Source: Vulcanimicrobiales bacterium (GTDB lineage Bacteria > Vulcanimicrobiota > Vulcanimicrobiia > Vulcanimicrobiales > Vulcanimicrobiaceae). From it: a stretch of DNA of 64,000 bases. The stretch is from NCBI GenBank assembly GCA_038215615.1, contig JBBQQR010000003.1, positions 64,001 to 128,000 on the forward strand, written 5' to 3'. Below, piece by piece: positions 37,911 through 49,462 of this stretch. Positions within the stretch are counted from its first letter, which is position 1. Every line of letters begins with the position of its first letter. Below the pieces are notes generated by a model, which saw only the letters and a program-made list of their open reading frames with translations, made no database searches and had not been told where the DNA came from. Both the position numbers and the translations under genes were made by a program.

Positions 37911-40900
37911 ACCCTCAGCAGCGAAATGAGCTGATCCATGTCGACGGGCTTGCTGATGTACTCGGAAGCGCCGGCGGCGATGGAACTCTCGCGGTCGCCT
38001 TTCATCGCTTTTGCCGTCAGCGCGATGATGGGCAGGTTTTCAAAGCGTGAGTTCGAGCGGATGCGGCGGATGGTTTCGTACCCGTCCATCTCCGGCATCA
38101 TGATATCCATCAGCACGACGTCAATTGACGGATCTTGCATCAGTTTATCGATGCCTTCCTGACCGCTTTCGGCGCTGATGGGCTTCAAGTGGTGCGTTTC
38201 GAGCGCCGAGCTCAGCGCGTAGATATTGCGCGCATCGTCGTCGACAATCAGCACCTTCTTGTTTTCGAGCGTCGCCGTTCCGAGCGGCCGTATATCGCTG
38301 GAACGTTTTGCAGCCGGAAGACGCGACTCCACTTGATGCAAGAAGAACCGCGTTTCGTCGAGCAGCCGTTCGGGAGACATGGCGTCTTTCACGATCACCG
38401 CTTCGCTCAGTTTGCTGAGTTTGGCTTCTTCCTGGCGCGAAAGGTCGCGGCCGGTGTAGACCACGATCGGCGTGCGAGCGTGTTCGGCTTGCATGCGGAT
38501 GCGTTCGATCAACTGTTCACCGGGGATGTCCGGCAGCCCCAGATCCAGGACGATGCAGTCGAACTTGCCCGCGTTGAGCGCTTCGATCGCTTCGTCGCCT
38601 GACCGGACCGCCGTAACGGCGACTTCGCCGCTTCCGATGAGATTGACCATGGCGTTCAGCTGCGTGATGTCGTCTTCGATCACCAACAGATTCTTGGTGC
38701 GCCGATCCGCGAAGCCGAGCAAGTTATCGAACGTTTCGGTCAAGGCTTCTTCGGTAACCGGCTTGCGCAAGTGGGCAATCGCGCCTGCGTCGAGCGCGCG
38801 CTGCCATTGTTCTTCGCCGGAGATCACATGCACGGGAATGTTCGCGGTCGACGAATCGTGCTTCAAATCCGCCAGCAGCTTCCAGCCGTCGACGTCGGGC
38901 AAGCCGATGTCGAGTGTAATAGCGTCCGGCAAGTATTTTCTCGCAAACGAGACGCCCTCTACTCCGCTGAGGGCAACGACGGCTTTGAAGCCGCGGTCGC
39001 GCGCCAGCCCGAGCAGAATCCGTGCGAAGATCGCGTCGTCTTCGATGATCAGCAGCACCCTGTCGGTGCTCTCGATTTTGTTGCGATCGTCGGCGATCGC
39101 ATCGAGCGAAGGCGACATCTCGAGCGTGCGCGCCGGCGTGACGTCGCGCGGCTCCGGCCCTCGGTGAAGCGGATGCGCCTCGCCAATCATGCCGAAAGGC
39201 CTCGCGTTGAACGGGCCGGCGATGCGTTCCGCCGGATGATAGAACGTGAAGGTGCTCCCTTCGCCGATCGTACTTTCAACGCCGATTTCACCGCCGAGCA
39301 GCCCGGCGATTTCACGGCTGATTGCCAGTCCAAGACCGGTTCCGCCGAACTTGCGCGACGTTCCCATGTCAGCTTGCTGGAATGCTTCGAAAATCACGTT
39401 GAACTTGTCGGGCGGAATGCCGATGCCTGTATCCGTCACAGAGAACGCGACCGCCGGACCTTTGATCGAACCGAGGCGATGCTCCTTGAGCAGCGAGATT
39501 TCGAGCGTCACGCCGCCTTCGGTCGTGAACTTGAACGCGTTGGAAAGCAGGTTCTTGAGAATCTGCTGCAGCCGCGTTGCGTCGGTGACGAGATTGTCGG
39601 TTACGTCTTCGTGACGTTTGATCGTGAACTTGAGCGCCTTGTCGGCCGCCACCTGACTGAACGTGCGGGCGATGTCGTCCTCGATCGCTTGGAACGGAAC
39701 ATCCTGCAGCTCGATGGAGGTCGTGCCCGATTCGATCTTCGACAGATCGAGAATGTCGTTGATGAGCGTCAGCAAGTCGGTTCCCGCAGCCCGAATCGTC
39801 TGCGCGAACTCGATCTGCTTGTTCGTCATGTTGCCTTCGGGGTTGTCCGCCAATTGCTTGGAAAGAATCAGCAGCGAGTTCAGCGGCGTGCGCAGCTCGT
39901 GAGACATGTTTGCCAGGAACTGGGATTTGTATTTCGAGATAAGCGCCAGCTGTTCGGCTTTCTTTTCGAGCTCCTGACGCGCTTCGTCGATCTCGCGCGT
40001 GCGGCGTTCGATTTCCTCGTTTCGCTCCTGCAGAAGGCGCGAGCGCTCTTCCAACTCGTCGTTGGTCTGCTGCAGTTCCATCTGCTGGCTCTGCAGTTCG
40101 TTGGTCAGCGCTTGCGATTGTTTGAGCAGCTCTTCGGTGCGCATCGTCGCGCCGATCGTGTTCAGAATAACGCCGACCGATTCGGTCAATTGGCCGAAGA
40201 ATTGCAGCTGCGTCTCGTTGAACCGCTCGGTCGAAGCCAGCTCGATGACCGCTTTGACCTCGCCTTCGAACAGCACGGGCAGGACGATAAGCGAGAGCGG
40301 CTTCGTTTCGCCCAAGCCCGAGCCGATTGCCATATAGTCCGGCGGCACGTCGCTCAACAAAATGCGCTGACGCTCGACCAGACACTGTCCGACGAGTCCT
40401 TCGCCTTCGCGGATCGATCGCTGCGCGGCTTTCTTCTTGCTGATCGCGTAGCTCGCCATCAGGCGCAGCACCTGTTCGTCGCCGATCGGTTCGTTCACGT
40501 AAAACGCGCCCGAATAAGCGTTGACCAGCGGAGCGATCTCCGAAATGATCATGCGGCTCACGGTCTTGGTGTCGCGCTGGCCCTGCAGCATCGCCGTGAA
40601 CCGCGCGACGTTGGTCTTGAGCCAGTCCTGATCGGTGTTCTTGCGCGTCGTGTCGCGCAAGTTTTGAATCATCTCGTTTACGTTACGCGTCAGTTCGGCG
40701 ACTTCGCCGCGCGCTTCAACTTGCACCGCTCGCGAGAGATCGCCCTTGGTAACCGCGGTCGCGACTTCGCCGATGGCGCGAATCTGTGACGTTAACTGCG
40801 CTGCCAGCTGGTTCACGGAGTCGGTGAGGTCGCGCCATAAACCGGCGGCGCCCGGGACCTGCGCTTGTCCCCCGAGCTTTCCTTCGAATCCGACTTCGCG

Positions 40901-43651
40901 CGCGACTGTCGTCACCTGATCGGCGAACGTCGCAAGCGTGTCGATCATGAAATTGATCGTGTCGGCGAGGCGGGCGATTTCGCCCTTGGCTTCTAGTGTC
41001 AGTTTGCGTTTGAGGTCGCCGTTGGCGACCGACGTCACGACTTGCGCGATGCCGCGCACCTGGTTGGTTAAGTTGGCCGCCATGAAGTTCACGTTGTCGG
41101 TGAGATCTTTCCAGGTGCCGCTGACGCCGGGAACCTGCGCCTGAGCGCCGAGCTTCCCTTCGGAGCCGACTTCGCGCGCCACGCGCGTGACTTCCGATGC
41201 GAACGCGTTGAGCTGGTCGACCATCGTGTTGATTGTGTCTTTGAGTTCGAGGATTTCACCACGCACATCGACCGTGATTTTCTTCGAGAGGTCGCCGAGC
41301 GCAACGGCAGTCGTCACCTTGGCGATGTTACGCACTTGCGAGGTGAGGTTCGACGCCATCGTGTTCACCGAGTCGGTCAAATCTTTCCACGTACCGGCGA
41401 CGCCGCGCACGAAGGCTTGTCCGCCCAAGCGCCCTTCGGAGCCGACTTCGCGCGCGACGCGCGTCACTTCCGACGCGAACGCGTTGAGCTGGTCGACCAT
41501 CGTGTTGATCGTGTTTTTCAGTTCGAGAATTTCGCCGCGCACGTCGACCGTGATCTTCTTTGAAAGGTCGCCGTTCGCAACGGCGGTCGTGACTTCGGCG
41601 ATGTTACGGACTTGGTTCGTCAGGTTCGACGCCATGGAGTTCACCGAAAGCGTCAAGTCTTTCCACGTGCCGCTGACGCCGGCCACCTCAGCCTGACCGC
41701 CGAGTTTACCTTCGGAACCGACTTCGCGCGCCACGCGCGTGACTTCCGACGCGAACGCATTGAGCTGGTCGACCATCGTGTTGATCGTGTTTTTCAACTC
41801 GAGGATTTCGCCGCGTACGTCGACGGTGATCTTCTTCGACAGGTCACCTTTGGCGACGGCGGTCGTGACTTCGGCGATATTACGCACTTGCGACGTAAGG
41901 TTTGAAGCCATGAAGTTCACGGACTCGGTCAAGTCGCGCCACGTGCCGCTGACGCCGGCAACCTGCGCTTGGCCGCCCAGTTTACCTTCAGAACCGACTT
42001 CGCGCGCGACGCGCGTCACCTCGCCGGCGAACGCATTGAGCTGGTCGACCATCGTATTGATCGTGTTCTTCAGTTCGAGAATTTCGCCGCGCACGTCGAC
42101 CGTGATCTTGCGCGACAAGTCGCCCTTGGCGACGGCGGTCGTCACGTCGGCAATGTTGCGCACTTGAGACGTGAGGTTCGACGCCATCCGGTTCACGGAG
42201 TCGGTCAAATCTTTCCAGGTACCGCTGACGCCCTTGACGTCGGCCTGGCCGCCCAGCTTGCCTTCGGAACCGACCTCGCGCGCAACGCGCGTCACTTCGC
42301 CCGCAAACGCATTGAGCTGGTCGACCATCGTGTTGATCGTGTTTTTTAGTTCGAGGATTTCTCCGCGAACGCTAACCGTAATCTTACGCGAAAGATCGCC
42401 TTTCGCCACGGCCGTCGTCACGTCGGCAATGTTACGCACTTGAGACGTCAGGTTCGCCGCCATGAAGTTCACCGACTCGGTGAGATCTTTCCACGTGCCG
42501 CTGACGCCCGCAACCTGCGCCTGGCCGCCCAGAATGCCTTCCGATCCGACTTCGCGCGCAACGCGCGTGACTTCCGACGCGAAGGCGTTGAGCTGGTCGA
42601 CCATCGTGTTGATCGTGTTTTTGAGTTCGAGGATTTCACCGCGCACGTCGACGGTGATCTTTTTCGAAAGGTCGCCCTTGGCGACGGCGGTTGTGACTTC
42701 GGCGATGTTACGAACTTGCGACGTGAGGTTCGAGGCCATGAAGTTCACGGACTCGGTGAGGTCCTTCCAGGTGCCGCTGACGCCTTGCACCTCGGCTTGG
42801 CCGCCGAGTTTGCCTTCGGAGCCGACTTCGCGCGCGACGCGCGTCACTTCCGACGCGAACGCGTTCAGCTGGTCGACCATGGTGTTGATCGTGTTCTTGA
42901 GTTCGAGAATTTCGCCGGCGGCTTCAACCGCGATCTTGCGCGAGAGGTCACCCTTGGCAACTGCCGTCGTCACGTCGGCGATGTTACGCACCTGCGATGT
43001 TAAGTTACCAGCCATCGTGTTAACCGAGTCGGTTAAGTCTTTCCAAGTGCCCGCGACGCCTTTCACGCTGGCTTGGCCGCCGAGCTTGCCTTCGGAACCA
43101 ACTTCGCGCGCAACGCGCGTCACTTCGGAAGCGAACGCGTTCAACTGATCCACCATTGTGTTGATCAACCGGGCGGATCGGAGAAACTCCCCGCGGAGCG
43201 GACGGCCGTCGATGTCGACGGGGATCCGTTGCCCGAGGTCGCCTTGCGCGACCGACCCGAGCACGCGATTCGTTTCGGCCATCGGGGCGGTCAGGTCATC
43301 GATCAGATGATTATACGCTTCGACTTGAATTTTCCAACCGCCGACCGCTTCGGGGAGCGACGCCCGCTCGTTTACGCGCCCTTCGCGTCCGACCACACGG
43401 CTAACCCGCAAGATCTCGCGCAGCATGTGCTGTTTGATCTGCGCGCAAGCGTTGAACGCTTCAGCGAGTTCGGCTTCCGGGCCGGCACCGCGCACCGGCA
43501 GCCGGACCGCAAAATTCCCGTCGCGGAAGGAACGCAATGCAAGCAGCAGCTTGCGGTCGAGAGCGGTGCCGTTGCCAGAATGCGAACTCGCGGCACCGTT
43601 TGAACGCGTTTTGCCGTTACGCGCGGGCTTCGAACGAGAGACAGTCGCCAT
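37895..43651 (-). CDS. Soluble poly-HAMP hybrid histidine kinase (HAMP array-GAF-HisKA-HATPase-3xREC; OsaA/fungal group III-like)
   Basis: 92-aa repeats; [30 protein letters not shown]; three receiver domains; start at MATVS (43651) or 43693. Confidence 0.93.
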   Translation of the reverse strand: MATVSRSKPARNGKTRSNGAASSHSGNGTALDRKLLLALRSFRDGNFAVRLPVRGAGPEAELAEAFNACAQIKQHMLREILRVSRVVGREGRVNERASLPEAVGGWKIQVEAYNHLIDDLTAPMAETNRVLGSVAQGDLGQRIPVDIDGRPLRGEFLRSARLINTMVDQLNAFASEVTRVAREVGSEGKLGGQASVKGVAGTWKDLTDSVNTMAGNLTSQVRNIADVTTAVAKGDLSRKIAVEAAGEILELKNTINTMVDQLNAFASEVTRVAREVGSEGKLGGQAEVQGVSGTWKDLTESVNFMASNLTSQVRNIAEVTTAVAKGDLSKKITVDVRGEILELKNTINTMVDQLNAFASEVTRVAREVGSEGILGGQAQVAGVSGTWKDLTESVNFMAANLTSQVRNIADVTTAVAKGDLSRKITVSVRGEILELKNTINTMVDQLNAFAGEVTRVAREVGSEGKLGGQADVKGVSGTWKDLTDSVNRMASNLTSQVRNIADVTTAVAKGDLSRKITVDVRGEILELKNTINTMVDQLNAFAGEVTRVAREVGSEGKLGGQAQVAGVSGTWRDLTESVNFMASNLTSQVRNIAEVTTAVAKGDLSKKITVDVRGEILELKNTINTMVDQLNAFASEVTRVAREVGSEGKLGGQAEVAGVSGTWKDLTLSVNSMASNLTNQVRNIAEVTTAVANGDLSKKITVDVRGEILELKNTINTMVDQLNAFASEVTRVAREVGSEGRLGGQAFVRGVAGTWKDLTDSVNTMASNLTSQVRNIAKVTTAVALGDLSKKITVDVRGEILELKDTINTMVDQLNAFASEVTRVAREVGSEGKLGAQAQVPGVSGTWKDLTDNVNFMAANLTNQVRGIAQVVTSVANGDLKRKLTLEAKGEIARLADTINFMIDTLATFADQVTTVAREVGFEGKLGGQAQVPGAAGLWRDLTDSVNQLAAQLTSQIRAIGEVATAVTKGDLSRAVQVEARGEVAELTRNVNEMIQNLRDTTRKNTDQDWLKTNVARFTAMLQGQRDTKTVSRMIISEIAPLVNAYSGAFYVNEPIGDEQVLRLMASYAISKKKAAQRSIREGEGLVGQCLVERQRILLSDVPPDYMAIGSGLGETKPLSLIVLPVLFEGEVKAVIELASTERFNETQLQFFGQLTESVGVILNTIGATMRTEELLKQSQALTNELQSQQMELQQTNDELEERSRLLQERNEEIERRTREIDEARQELEKKAEQLALISKYKSQFLANMSHELRTPLNSLLILSKQLADNPEGNMTNKQIEFAQTIRAAGTDLLTLINDILDLSKIESGTTSIELQDVPFQAIEDDIARTFSQVAADKALKFTIKRHEDVTDNLVTDATRLQQILKNLLSNAFKFTTEGGVTLEISLLKEHRLGSIKGPAVAFSVTDTGIGIPPDKFNVIFEAFQQADMGTSRKFGGTGLGLAISREIAGLLGGEIGVESTIGEGSTFTFYHPAERIAGPFNARPFGMIGEAHPLHRGPEPRDVTPARTLEMSPSLDAIADDRNKIESTDRVLLIIEDDAIFARILLGLARDRGFKAVVALSGVEGVSFARKYLPDAITLDIGLPDVDGWKLLADLKHDSSTANIPVHVISGEEQWQRALDAGAIAHLRKPVTEEALTETFDNLLGFADRRTKNLLVIEDDITQLNAMVNLIGSGEVAVTAVRSGDEAIEALNAGKFDCIVLDLGLPDIPGEQLIERIRMQAEHARTPIVVYTGRDLSRQEEAKLSKLSEAVIVKDAMSPERLLDETRFFLHQVESRLPAAKRSSDIRPLGTATLENKKVLIVDDDARNIYALSSALETHHLKPISAESGQEGIDKLMQDPSIDVVLMDIMMPEMDGYETIRRIRSNSRFENLPIIALTAKAMKGDRESSIAAGASEYISKPVDMDQLISLLRVWLNR
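40682..43165 (-). repeat. Intragenic tandem repeat, about nine 276-bp units (HAMP array)
   Basis: [26 protein letters not shown]...GEILELKNT occurs 8 times plus one divergent unit. Confidence 0.95.
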
Positions 43652-43779
43652 AAATGAAAGGTGCTCCGTAGTGGATGCGGCTGATTTCTTCATTGCCCGA
43701 TTCGCCCTATGCCAAACTTGGGCTTGCCCAGGTTTAGCAAGCGGGGACCCCGGGGAGAACCCAGGCATGCCGGCCACGT

Positions 43780-45303
43780 ATGCTTGAGCGCGGCGACCTT
43801 CGCCATTCCCAGGCACTTGAGCTCCTGGCGGATGCGAGCCGCCTCCTAGCCTCATCGCTTGAGTTATCGGCGACTTTGCCCCGCGTGGCGCAGCTCTGCG
43901 TCGAGCGACTGGCCGACTATTGCGTCATAGCCGGAAATGACCGCAACGACGAGCAGTTCTTCCACGAGGCAGGCCAGGGCAAGAAGCTGCGCCTGCGCCG
44001 CGGCGACCAGGTCCAAATCGAAGCCGGCCTGCGTTCCCTGGGCTACCAGCGCGTTCTCGTCATCCCGTTGCCCGGGCGGCAGTCAGGGGCCGGCGTCTTC
44101 GCGCTTGCCACCAAGGCGGCGGACCGCTTCGACACCGGTACCGAGAAGATCGCGGAGATTCTCGGCCTTCAGCTGACCAACGCGCTCGACCAGGCGACAC
44201 TGCTGGAAAGAACCCACCACGTTGCCGACCGCCTGCAACGGGCGCTGCTGCCTGCAAGCTTCCCGCGGGTGGCGGGACGGCAGTTGGATGGCGCATACCG
44301 CCCCGCCAGCGAGGAAGCTGAGGTCGGCGGCGACTGGTACGACGCCTTCGAGCTTCCCGATCACCGCTTGGCGATTTCGATGGGTGACGTCGCGGGGCAC
44401 GGACTTGAGGCGGCTACGATCATGGGCGAGGTGCGCATCGCATTACGCGCTGCCGCCGTCGGCGAGCGATCTCCGGCTGCCGTCCTTGAACAGATCAACA
44501 GCGTGACGAATTTGCGAAGCGGCATCGGCATGGTCACCGCGATATTCGGTTATTACGACGCGGTCAGCCGCGAGCTGACCTACGCGGTGGCCGGTCACCC
44601 GCCGCCTGCGCTGGTAATACAAGACGCTTTCGCCGGATATCTTCCGGGCGGCGGCGTCCCGCTGGGCATCGGCGATAATGTCGGCGCTCGCGACTGGGTG
44701 ATCACGCTGCCGCCGCGCAGCTGGGTGATGTTTTACACCGATGGCATGACCGAGTACGACCGCGATGTGATCGCCGGCGAGGAACGTCTGCTCGAAGCAA
44801 GTGTGCGCTCGTGCGAATCGGATTCGGAGAACCCGGCGATTGCATTGCAAGAGCGCATCTTCAGCACGTCGGTCAACCGCGACGATGCCGCCACGCTGGT
44901 GCTCTCGTGCTTCGACGGACCGGTTCCCAAACGAATGGAGTACTCAGCGATCCCGATGACGGCGCCGATCGTGCGCGCGATGATCAACCGGTTCTGCGAT
45001 CAGAACGGTGTCTCACCCGATCAGCGTTTTGCTCTGACGTCGGCCATCGGTGAAGCGGTGGCAAATGCCGTCGAACATGCGTACCAAGGCGAAGTTCCCG
45101 GCAAATTCGAGCTGCGGCTGGAAGCGCAGGGCGACTGCGTGACCGTCGATGTGGAAGATCGCGGGCACTGGCGCCCGTTTCAAAAACGTGACGATCGGGG
45201 CCGCGGCATGGTATTGATGCACGAACTGATGGATCGCGTTCGCATCAACTCGGCGCAGCACGGAACCTGTTTGAGCATGGTGCTCAATCGCGAGCCCGCC
45301 TAA
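43780..45303 (+). CDS. GAF + SpoIIE/PP2C phosphatase + RsbW-like HATPase partner-switching regulator (OsaC-like)
   Basis: LQRALLP, VGGDWYD, GDVAGHG, AGHPPP, YTDGMTE, DDA; C-terminal [19 protein letters not shown]. Confidence 0.9.
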   Translation: MLERGDLRHSQALELLADASRLLASSLELSATLPRVAQLCVERLADYCVIAGNDRNDEQFFHEAGQGKKLRLRRGDQVQIEAGLRSLGYQRVLVIPLPGRQSGAGVFALATKAADRFDTGTEKIAEILGLQLTNALDQATLLERTHHVADRLQRALLPASFPRVAGRQLDGAYRPASEEAEVGGDWYDAFELPDHRLAISMGDVAGHGLEAATIMGEVRIALRAAAVGERSPAAVLEQINSVTNLRSGIGMVTAIFGYYDAVSRELTYAVAGHPPPALVIQDAFAGYLPGGGVPLGIGDNVGARDWVITLPPRSWVMFYTDGMTEYDRDVIAGEERLLEASVRSCESDSENPAIALQERIFSTSVNRDDAATLVLSCFDGPVPKRMEYSAIPMTAPIVRAMINRFCDQNGVSPDQRFALTSAIGEAVANAVEHAYQGEVPGKFELRLEAQGDCVTVDVEDRGHWRPFQKRDDRGRGMVLMHELMDRVRINSAQHGTCLSMVLNREPA

Positions 45304-46542
45304 CTACTGCGCCGCGCGCAACACCAAGGCGGCGTTGATGCCGCCGAACCCGGACGAATTCGATAGAACGACGCGTGCATTCGAGGCGACCGTCTCGCGC
45401 ACGCAGCGCACCTGGCACTCCTCGTCGCGGTTTTCCAAATTCACGGCTCCCGGGATCACACGGTCGCGCATGCCCATGGCCGCGATCGCCACTTCCCACG
45501 CGCCGGTCGCTCCGAGCGCGTGACCGTGCTGACCTTTTGTCGCCGAAACCGGAATCTCCGAGAGCCGTTCGCCGAAAATTCGCCCGAATGCGACCGCTTC
45601 CGCACGATCGCCCAAACGCGTCGACGAACCGTGCGCGTTGATCGCCTCAACTTCACTAGGCAAGACGCGCGCTTCATCGAGTGCGCGCTGGAGCGCGCCG
45701 GCGGTTTGCGAACCGTCGGCCAACGGCGCGGACATGTGATACGCGTCGTTCGATGTGCCGAAACCCGCGATCTCCGCGTAGATGTGCGCGCCGTGCCCGA
45801 TCGCATCTTCGTAGCGCTCGAGCACGAACATGCCGGCGCCTTCCGCCATCACAAACCCGTCACGCCCCGCGTCGAAGGGACGGCTCGCGGCCGCCGGATC
45901 GTCGTTGCGTGTCGACATCGCCCGCGCGACGGTGAACGCTCCAAACGTCAGCGGCGCCAGCGGCGCTTCGATCCCGCCGGCTAAGGCAGCGCGCACGTCG
46001 CCCCGCTTGATGGCGCGGTACGCTTCCCCGATCGCGATCGCGCCGGCGGCGCACGAATCCGAGTTGGCCATCGTCGGTCCGGTTATTCCGAATTCGATCG
46101 CGACGTTGCTGGCGGCAGCGCCGCCAAACACCGAAATCGTCAGCAGCGGACGCACCGAGCGCAAGCCTTCGCGCCGGAAGACTTCGATCTGCTCCTCTGC
46201 AAACGCCAAGCCGCCCAGCGCCGATCCCGTGTAGACGCCGATCTCCGAGCGGTTGCCGTCGACGGAAAATTTCGCGTCTTCGACCGCAAGCTTGGCCGAA
46301 GCGACCGCGAGCTGCGAGAAGCGGTCGGTCCACTGCAGCCGGCGTTTCGTCAAGTAGTCCGACGGATCGAAGTCGTCGATCTGAGCGGCCACACGCGAAG
46401 GAAAACCTTCACATTCAAAGCGCGTCAGCGGAGCGACCGCCACTTTGCCGGCCAAAAGGTTGTCCCAAAATGCGCGCGCGCCCGTGCCCAGCGGCGTGAT
46501 CATGCCCATTCCAGTGATGACGACGCGATGCGTGTCAGCCAT
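45304..46542 (-). CDS. Beta-ketoacyl synthase (FabF/KAS II or type II PKS KS-alpha-like)
   Basis: VVITGMG, active-site SCAAG, RPFD..RDGFV, NAHGSST, KGQHGHALGA, GFGGIN. Confidence 0.92.
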   Translation of the reverse strand: MADTHRVVITGMGMITPLGTGARAFWDNLLAGKVAVAPLTRFECEGFPSRVAAQIDDFDPSDYLTKRRLQWTDRFSQLAVASAKLAVEDAKFSVDGNRSEIGVYTGSALGGLAFAEEQIEVFRREGLRSVRPLLTISVFGGAAASNVAIEFGITGPTMANSDSCAAGAIAIGEAYRAIKRGDVRAALAGGIEAPLAPLTFGAFTVARAMSTRNDDPAAASRPFDAGRDGFVMAEGAGMFVLERYEDAIGHGAHIYAEIAGFGTSNDAYHMSAPLADGSQTAGALQRALDEARVLPSEVEAINAHGSSTRLGDRAEAVAFGRIFGERLSEIPVSATKGQHGHALGATGAWEVAIAAMGMRDRVIPGAVNLENRDEECQVRCVRETVASNARVVLSNSSGFGGINAALVLRAAQ

Positions 46543-46963
46543 CGCCCGCCTCGGCTAACTCTTTGATGCGGCGCAGCGTTCGCGTCGCGACGTGATCGAT
46601 GAAAAACTTCCCGACGATCCAATTCATCGGAAAACCCAGTGCAGCGCGATGATCGATCGAAACGCGCGTTCCGCCGTCAGCCGGTTCGAAGTTCCACACG
46701 ACGTCCATCCCTTTGGTCCAGCCGCCCAAATGCCGGAATGCGATCGAGGGCGTGAGCGGGTCGTTCGTCTGTTCGGCGCGCCAGCGAACGGGTATTCCGC
46801 TGCGCCGCGCCGCCATCTCCACGACGCGCCGGTCGCCTGCGCGCTGCAGCACCCGTACATAACGGTAATGCGGAAGATATTCGGGCCAGCGCTCGGTGTC
46901 CGATGCGTAACGGTACACTCGCGCGGGCGAGGCGTGAACGAAGATTTGATTGCGGGCGAACAT
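46535..46963 (-). CDS. SRPBCC/START polyketide cyclase-dehydrase family protein
   Basis: DTERWPEYLPHY, MDVVWNFEP..GGTRV, TLRRIKELAE. Confidence 0.85.
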   Translation of the reverse strand: MFARNQIFVHASPARVYRYASDTERWPEYLPHYRYVRVLQRAGDRRVVEMAARRSGIPVRWRAEQTNDPLTPSIAFRHLGGWTKGMDVVWNFEPADGGTRVSIDHRAALGFPMNWIVGKFFIDHVATRTLRRIKELAEAGDG

Positions 46964-48132
46964 TAGGCGACGAGCCTCAATAAATTGCCCAGGGCCAGCG
47001 CCGGCCCCACCGGTCCGCAGCCCGCAATTGCGTCGATCAAAACCTGCGCGCGTTCCGGATCGCGTTCCACGTTACGGGCGGCGCGTTTTGAAAGCGCAGC
47101 CGATCCGGTGAACGATCGGACGATGCGGGCGAGTTTGCCTCGGCGCCGCATTTCGGCGGCAAGCTCGGTAGCGTAATTTTTGATGGCCGACCGGCCCGAT
47201 GCAGGCGCGGCCACAGCGGCGGCGATGGCCCCAGCGGCCGCAATGCCGCCGCGCAAAGCCAAGTAGACGCCCTGGCCCGTGAAGGGATCGATGAAGCCCG
47301 CTGCATCGCCCACGAGCAAAACGTTTCCGGCCGTTAGGGCTCGAGTCGAATGAGCGAGCGGTCCCACGGCGACACGCTTTCCTTCGAGTTGGACGCCGGC
47401 AAAACGCGCGGCGTCACCGCTCAACGCCCGGGCGCGTTCGCGAATAAATTGATCGACGTCATCTTTACGGGCACTGAGGTCTTTTTCGTGCACGATCACC
47501 ATAATATTTGCGTGCGCCGCATCAAACGGATTAACCGCAAAATAACTGCTGCCCTCTACGAACATCTCGACGAAACGATCGAGATCGCGCAAGCCGCGGT
47601 AATGGCCGCCCAGAGCGAACCGCTGTTCGCCGCGCGGAGCGGCGCTCAAACCGCATTTTCTGGCCACGATCGATTGCGCGCCGTCGGCGCCAATCACAAA
47701 ACGCGCTCGCACGCCCCGCGTTTCCCCGCTTGGTTCTCTTACCGTCAGCAAACTACCTGACTCTTCTTCACGCACATCCTCGATGCGCGCGTGCATGAAG
47801 GTCGCGCCGCGCGAGAGCGCCGCTCGCAGCAGTTCGTCATCGAGCCGCAAGCGCGGAAGTGCCCATCCAGTTTTCGAGAACCGCAACTCGACGCGCACGC
47901 CGTTTCCGCTCAAACGAATCCCCTCAAGCGGCGCCGCTTGCGGCGCAAGCGCACCTTCCAAACCAAGCGTCCGCAGTTGCTCGACGGCACCGGCACTCAC
48001 ATATTCTCCGCAAGCTTTGTTCCGTGGAAATTGCGACTTGTCGACGATCAGGGCATGCAGCCCGGCTTCGGCAAGCGCGATAGCTGCGGCCGACCCGGCC
48101 GGACCGCCGCCGGCGATCGCGACGTCAAACAT
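46963..48132 (-). CDS. FAD-dependent oxidoreductase (geranylgeranyl reductase/monooxygenase family)
   Basis: GGGPAG, FPRNKACGE, VIGADG, VGDAAGFIDPFTGQG. Confidence 0.9.
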   Translation of the reverse strand: MFDVAIAGGGPAGSAAAIALAEAGLHALIVDKSQFPRNKACGEYVSAGAVEQLRTLGLEGALAPQAAPLEGIRLSGNGVRVELRFSKTGWALPRLRLDDELLRAALSRGATFMHARIEDVREEESGSLLTVREPSGETRGVRARFVIGADGAQSIVARKCGLSAAPRGEQRFALGGHYRGLRDLDRFVEMFVEGSSYFAVNPFDAAHANIMVIVHEKDLSARKDDVDQFIRERARALSGDAARFAGVQLEGKRVAVGPLAHSTRALTAGNVLLVGDAAGFIDPFTGQGVYLALRGGIAAAGAIAAAVAAPASGRSAIKNYATELAAEMRRRGKLARIVRSFTGSAALSKRAARNVERDPERAQVLIDAIAGCGPVGPALALGNLLRLVA

Positions 48133-48793
48133 CCCAGAGCGCCATTCGAAAAAACGGCATCCGCCGGACGCGCGGATTTTTCCATCCGGCTTCCCGCGCG
48201 AGAGCGAGCGCTTCGGCCGGCGTGTAAGCGCGCAGGACGGAAAGCGGCGCGTCGTGCCGCGTGAGGCGGTTGCGAGTAAAGATCGAAACCAGGAACACGG
48301 CCCCAGCCCAAGCGGTGCGCGAGCGGCGCAGATCCGTGACGACGGGAGCGACGCGCGCGACCCGGCGCAGCTCGCGCAGCAGCGTGACAGCCGCAGAGGG
48401 ATCGCAGTGGTGCAGCGTCAGATTGCACATTGCGACGTCGAAACTCGCGTCTTCAAAAGGGAGCGAGGCGCCATTGCCGATCACAAAACGCAGATCGGGA
48501 TCGCCGTGCCGCTTCTGTGCGATGGCCAATACGTCGGAACTCACGTCGAGACAGGTCGCGCGTAGGCTTCTGCCCGCTGCGCGGGCTTTGCGCGCCAAGA
48601 ACTCTGCGATATCGCCCGAGCCGCAGCCGACGTCTAGGATCGTTTGGGGAAGCAGCGCGCGAGTCGCACGTTCAATGGAAGAAAACCCGCCGAGCCAGCG
48701 GTTCGCTCTTTCGATATCGCGAAAATTTTCTTCGAGTTCGCCGATTGACTCGACGGTATCGTCGAGAAGTTCGCGTCCTGCTGCACGCAGCAC
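48125..48793 (-). CDS. Class I SAM-dependent methyltransferase
   Basis: ELLDD...NRWLGG, ILDVGCGSG, LHH, DLRR, RHDAPLSVLRAY. Confidence 0.9.
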   Translation of the reverse strand: MLRAAGRELLDDTVESIGELEENFRDIERANRWLGGFSSIERATRALLPQTILDVGCGSGDIAEFLARKARAAGRSLRATCLDVSSDVLAIAQKRHGDPDLRFVIGNGASLPFEDASFDVAMCNLTLHHCDPSAAVTLLRELRRVARVAPVVTDLRRSRTAWAGAVFLVSIFTRNRLTRHDAPLSVLRAYTPAEALALAREAGWKNPRVRRMPFFRMALWDV

Positions 48794-48806
48794 AGGACCC
48801 TACTTT

Positions 48807-49049
48807 CTACTTCTTAAAATATTCGGCGTTGACGGCGGTGTAGTTCTGCCATTTTTCCGGAACGTCCGAGTCGGCAAAGATCGCTTCGACGGGACATGCC
48901 GAAACGCACGCGCCGCAGTCGATGCAGACTTCGGGATCGATGTACAGCATCGTATCATCGTCTTTACCGTGAATGCAGTCGACCGGACAAACGTCCACAC
49001 AGGACTTGTCTTTGGTGCCTATGCACGGCTCGGTAATGATGTAGGCCAT
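48807..49049 (-). CDS. Ferredoxin (FdxA-like, 7Fe/8Fe)
   Basis: CIGTKDKSCVDVCPVDCI...CIDCGACVSACP. Confidence 0.95.
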   Translation of the reverse strand: MAYIITEPCIGTKDKSCVDVCPVDCIHGKDDDTMLYIDPEVCIDCGACVSACPVEAIFADSDVPEKWQNYTAVNAEYFKK

Positions 49050-49090
49050 CGTACGGTATTACGCAGACGAAAGGACCGGGGCCTCCCGGA

Positions 49091-49354
49091 TCAAACGGCC
49101 GGTCGGCGCCCGGAAAAAGCCCGCAGCAGCAACAAAAGCAACACCGCGCCGATCAGCGCATAGATGAAACTCCACAGCGGATCGAGGCCGCCGTGTCCTA
49201 ACCAGCGATAGATAAAACCGCCGATCAGCGCACCTACGATTCCGACCACGATGTCTGTTAGGACTCCGCCGCCGACTGCACCGGGCACGAGCCAGCGGGC
49301 CACCAGCCCCACAATGAGGCCGAAGATAATCCAAACGATAATTGTCCAAAGCAT
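49091..49354 (-). CDS. GlsB/YeaQ/YmgE family stress-response membrane protein
   Basis: WIIFGLIVGLVARWLVPG, GIVGALIGG, ALIGAVLLL. Confidence 0.92.
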   Translation of the reverse strand: MLWTIIVWIIFGLIVGLVARWLVPGAVGGGVLTDIVVGIVGALIGGFIYRWLGHGGLDPLWSFIYALIGAVLLLLLLRAFSGRRPAV

Positions 49355-49462
49355 GGGTCCTAGTTTACCACGCGCAGGTCAGCCGAAACGAGCCTAAGGT
49401 CGCTTTGGCGCCCCAGGGCCCTTCCAGTCACGCGGACTGCGCGCCGTAACGTTGAAGCCAGC

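Noticed and set aside
38771..40789. 672-aa plus-strand ORF
   Set aside because: Antisense shadow of the hybrid kinase, expected from high-GC codon bias; no motifs
40682..43165. Regular DNA repeats as a possible CRISPR array or assembly artefact
   Set aside because: Units are 276-bp in-frame coding repeats with many synonymous differences; no unique spacers and no cas genes
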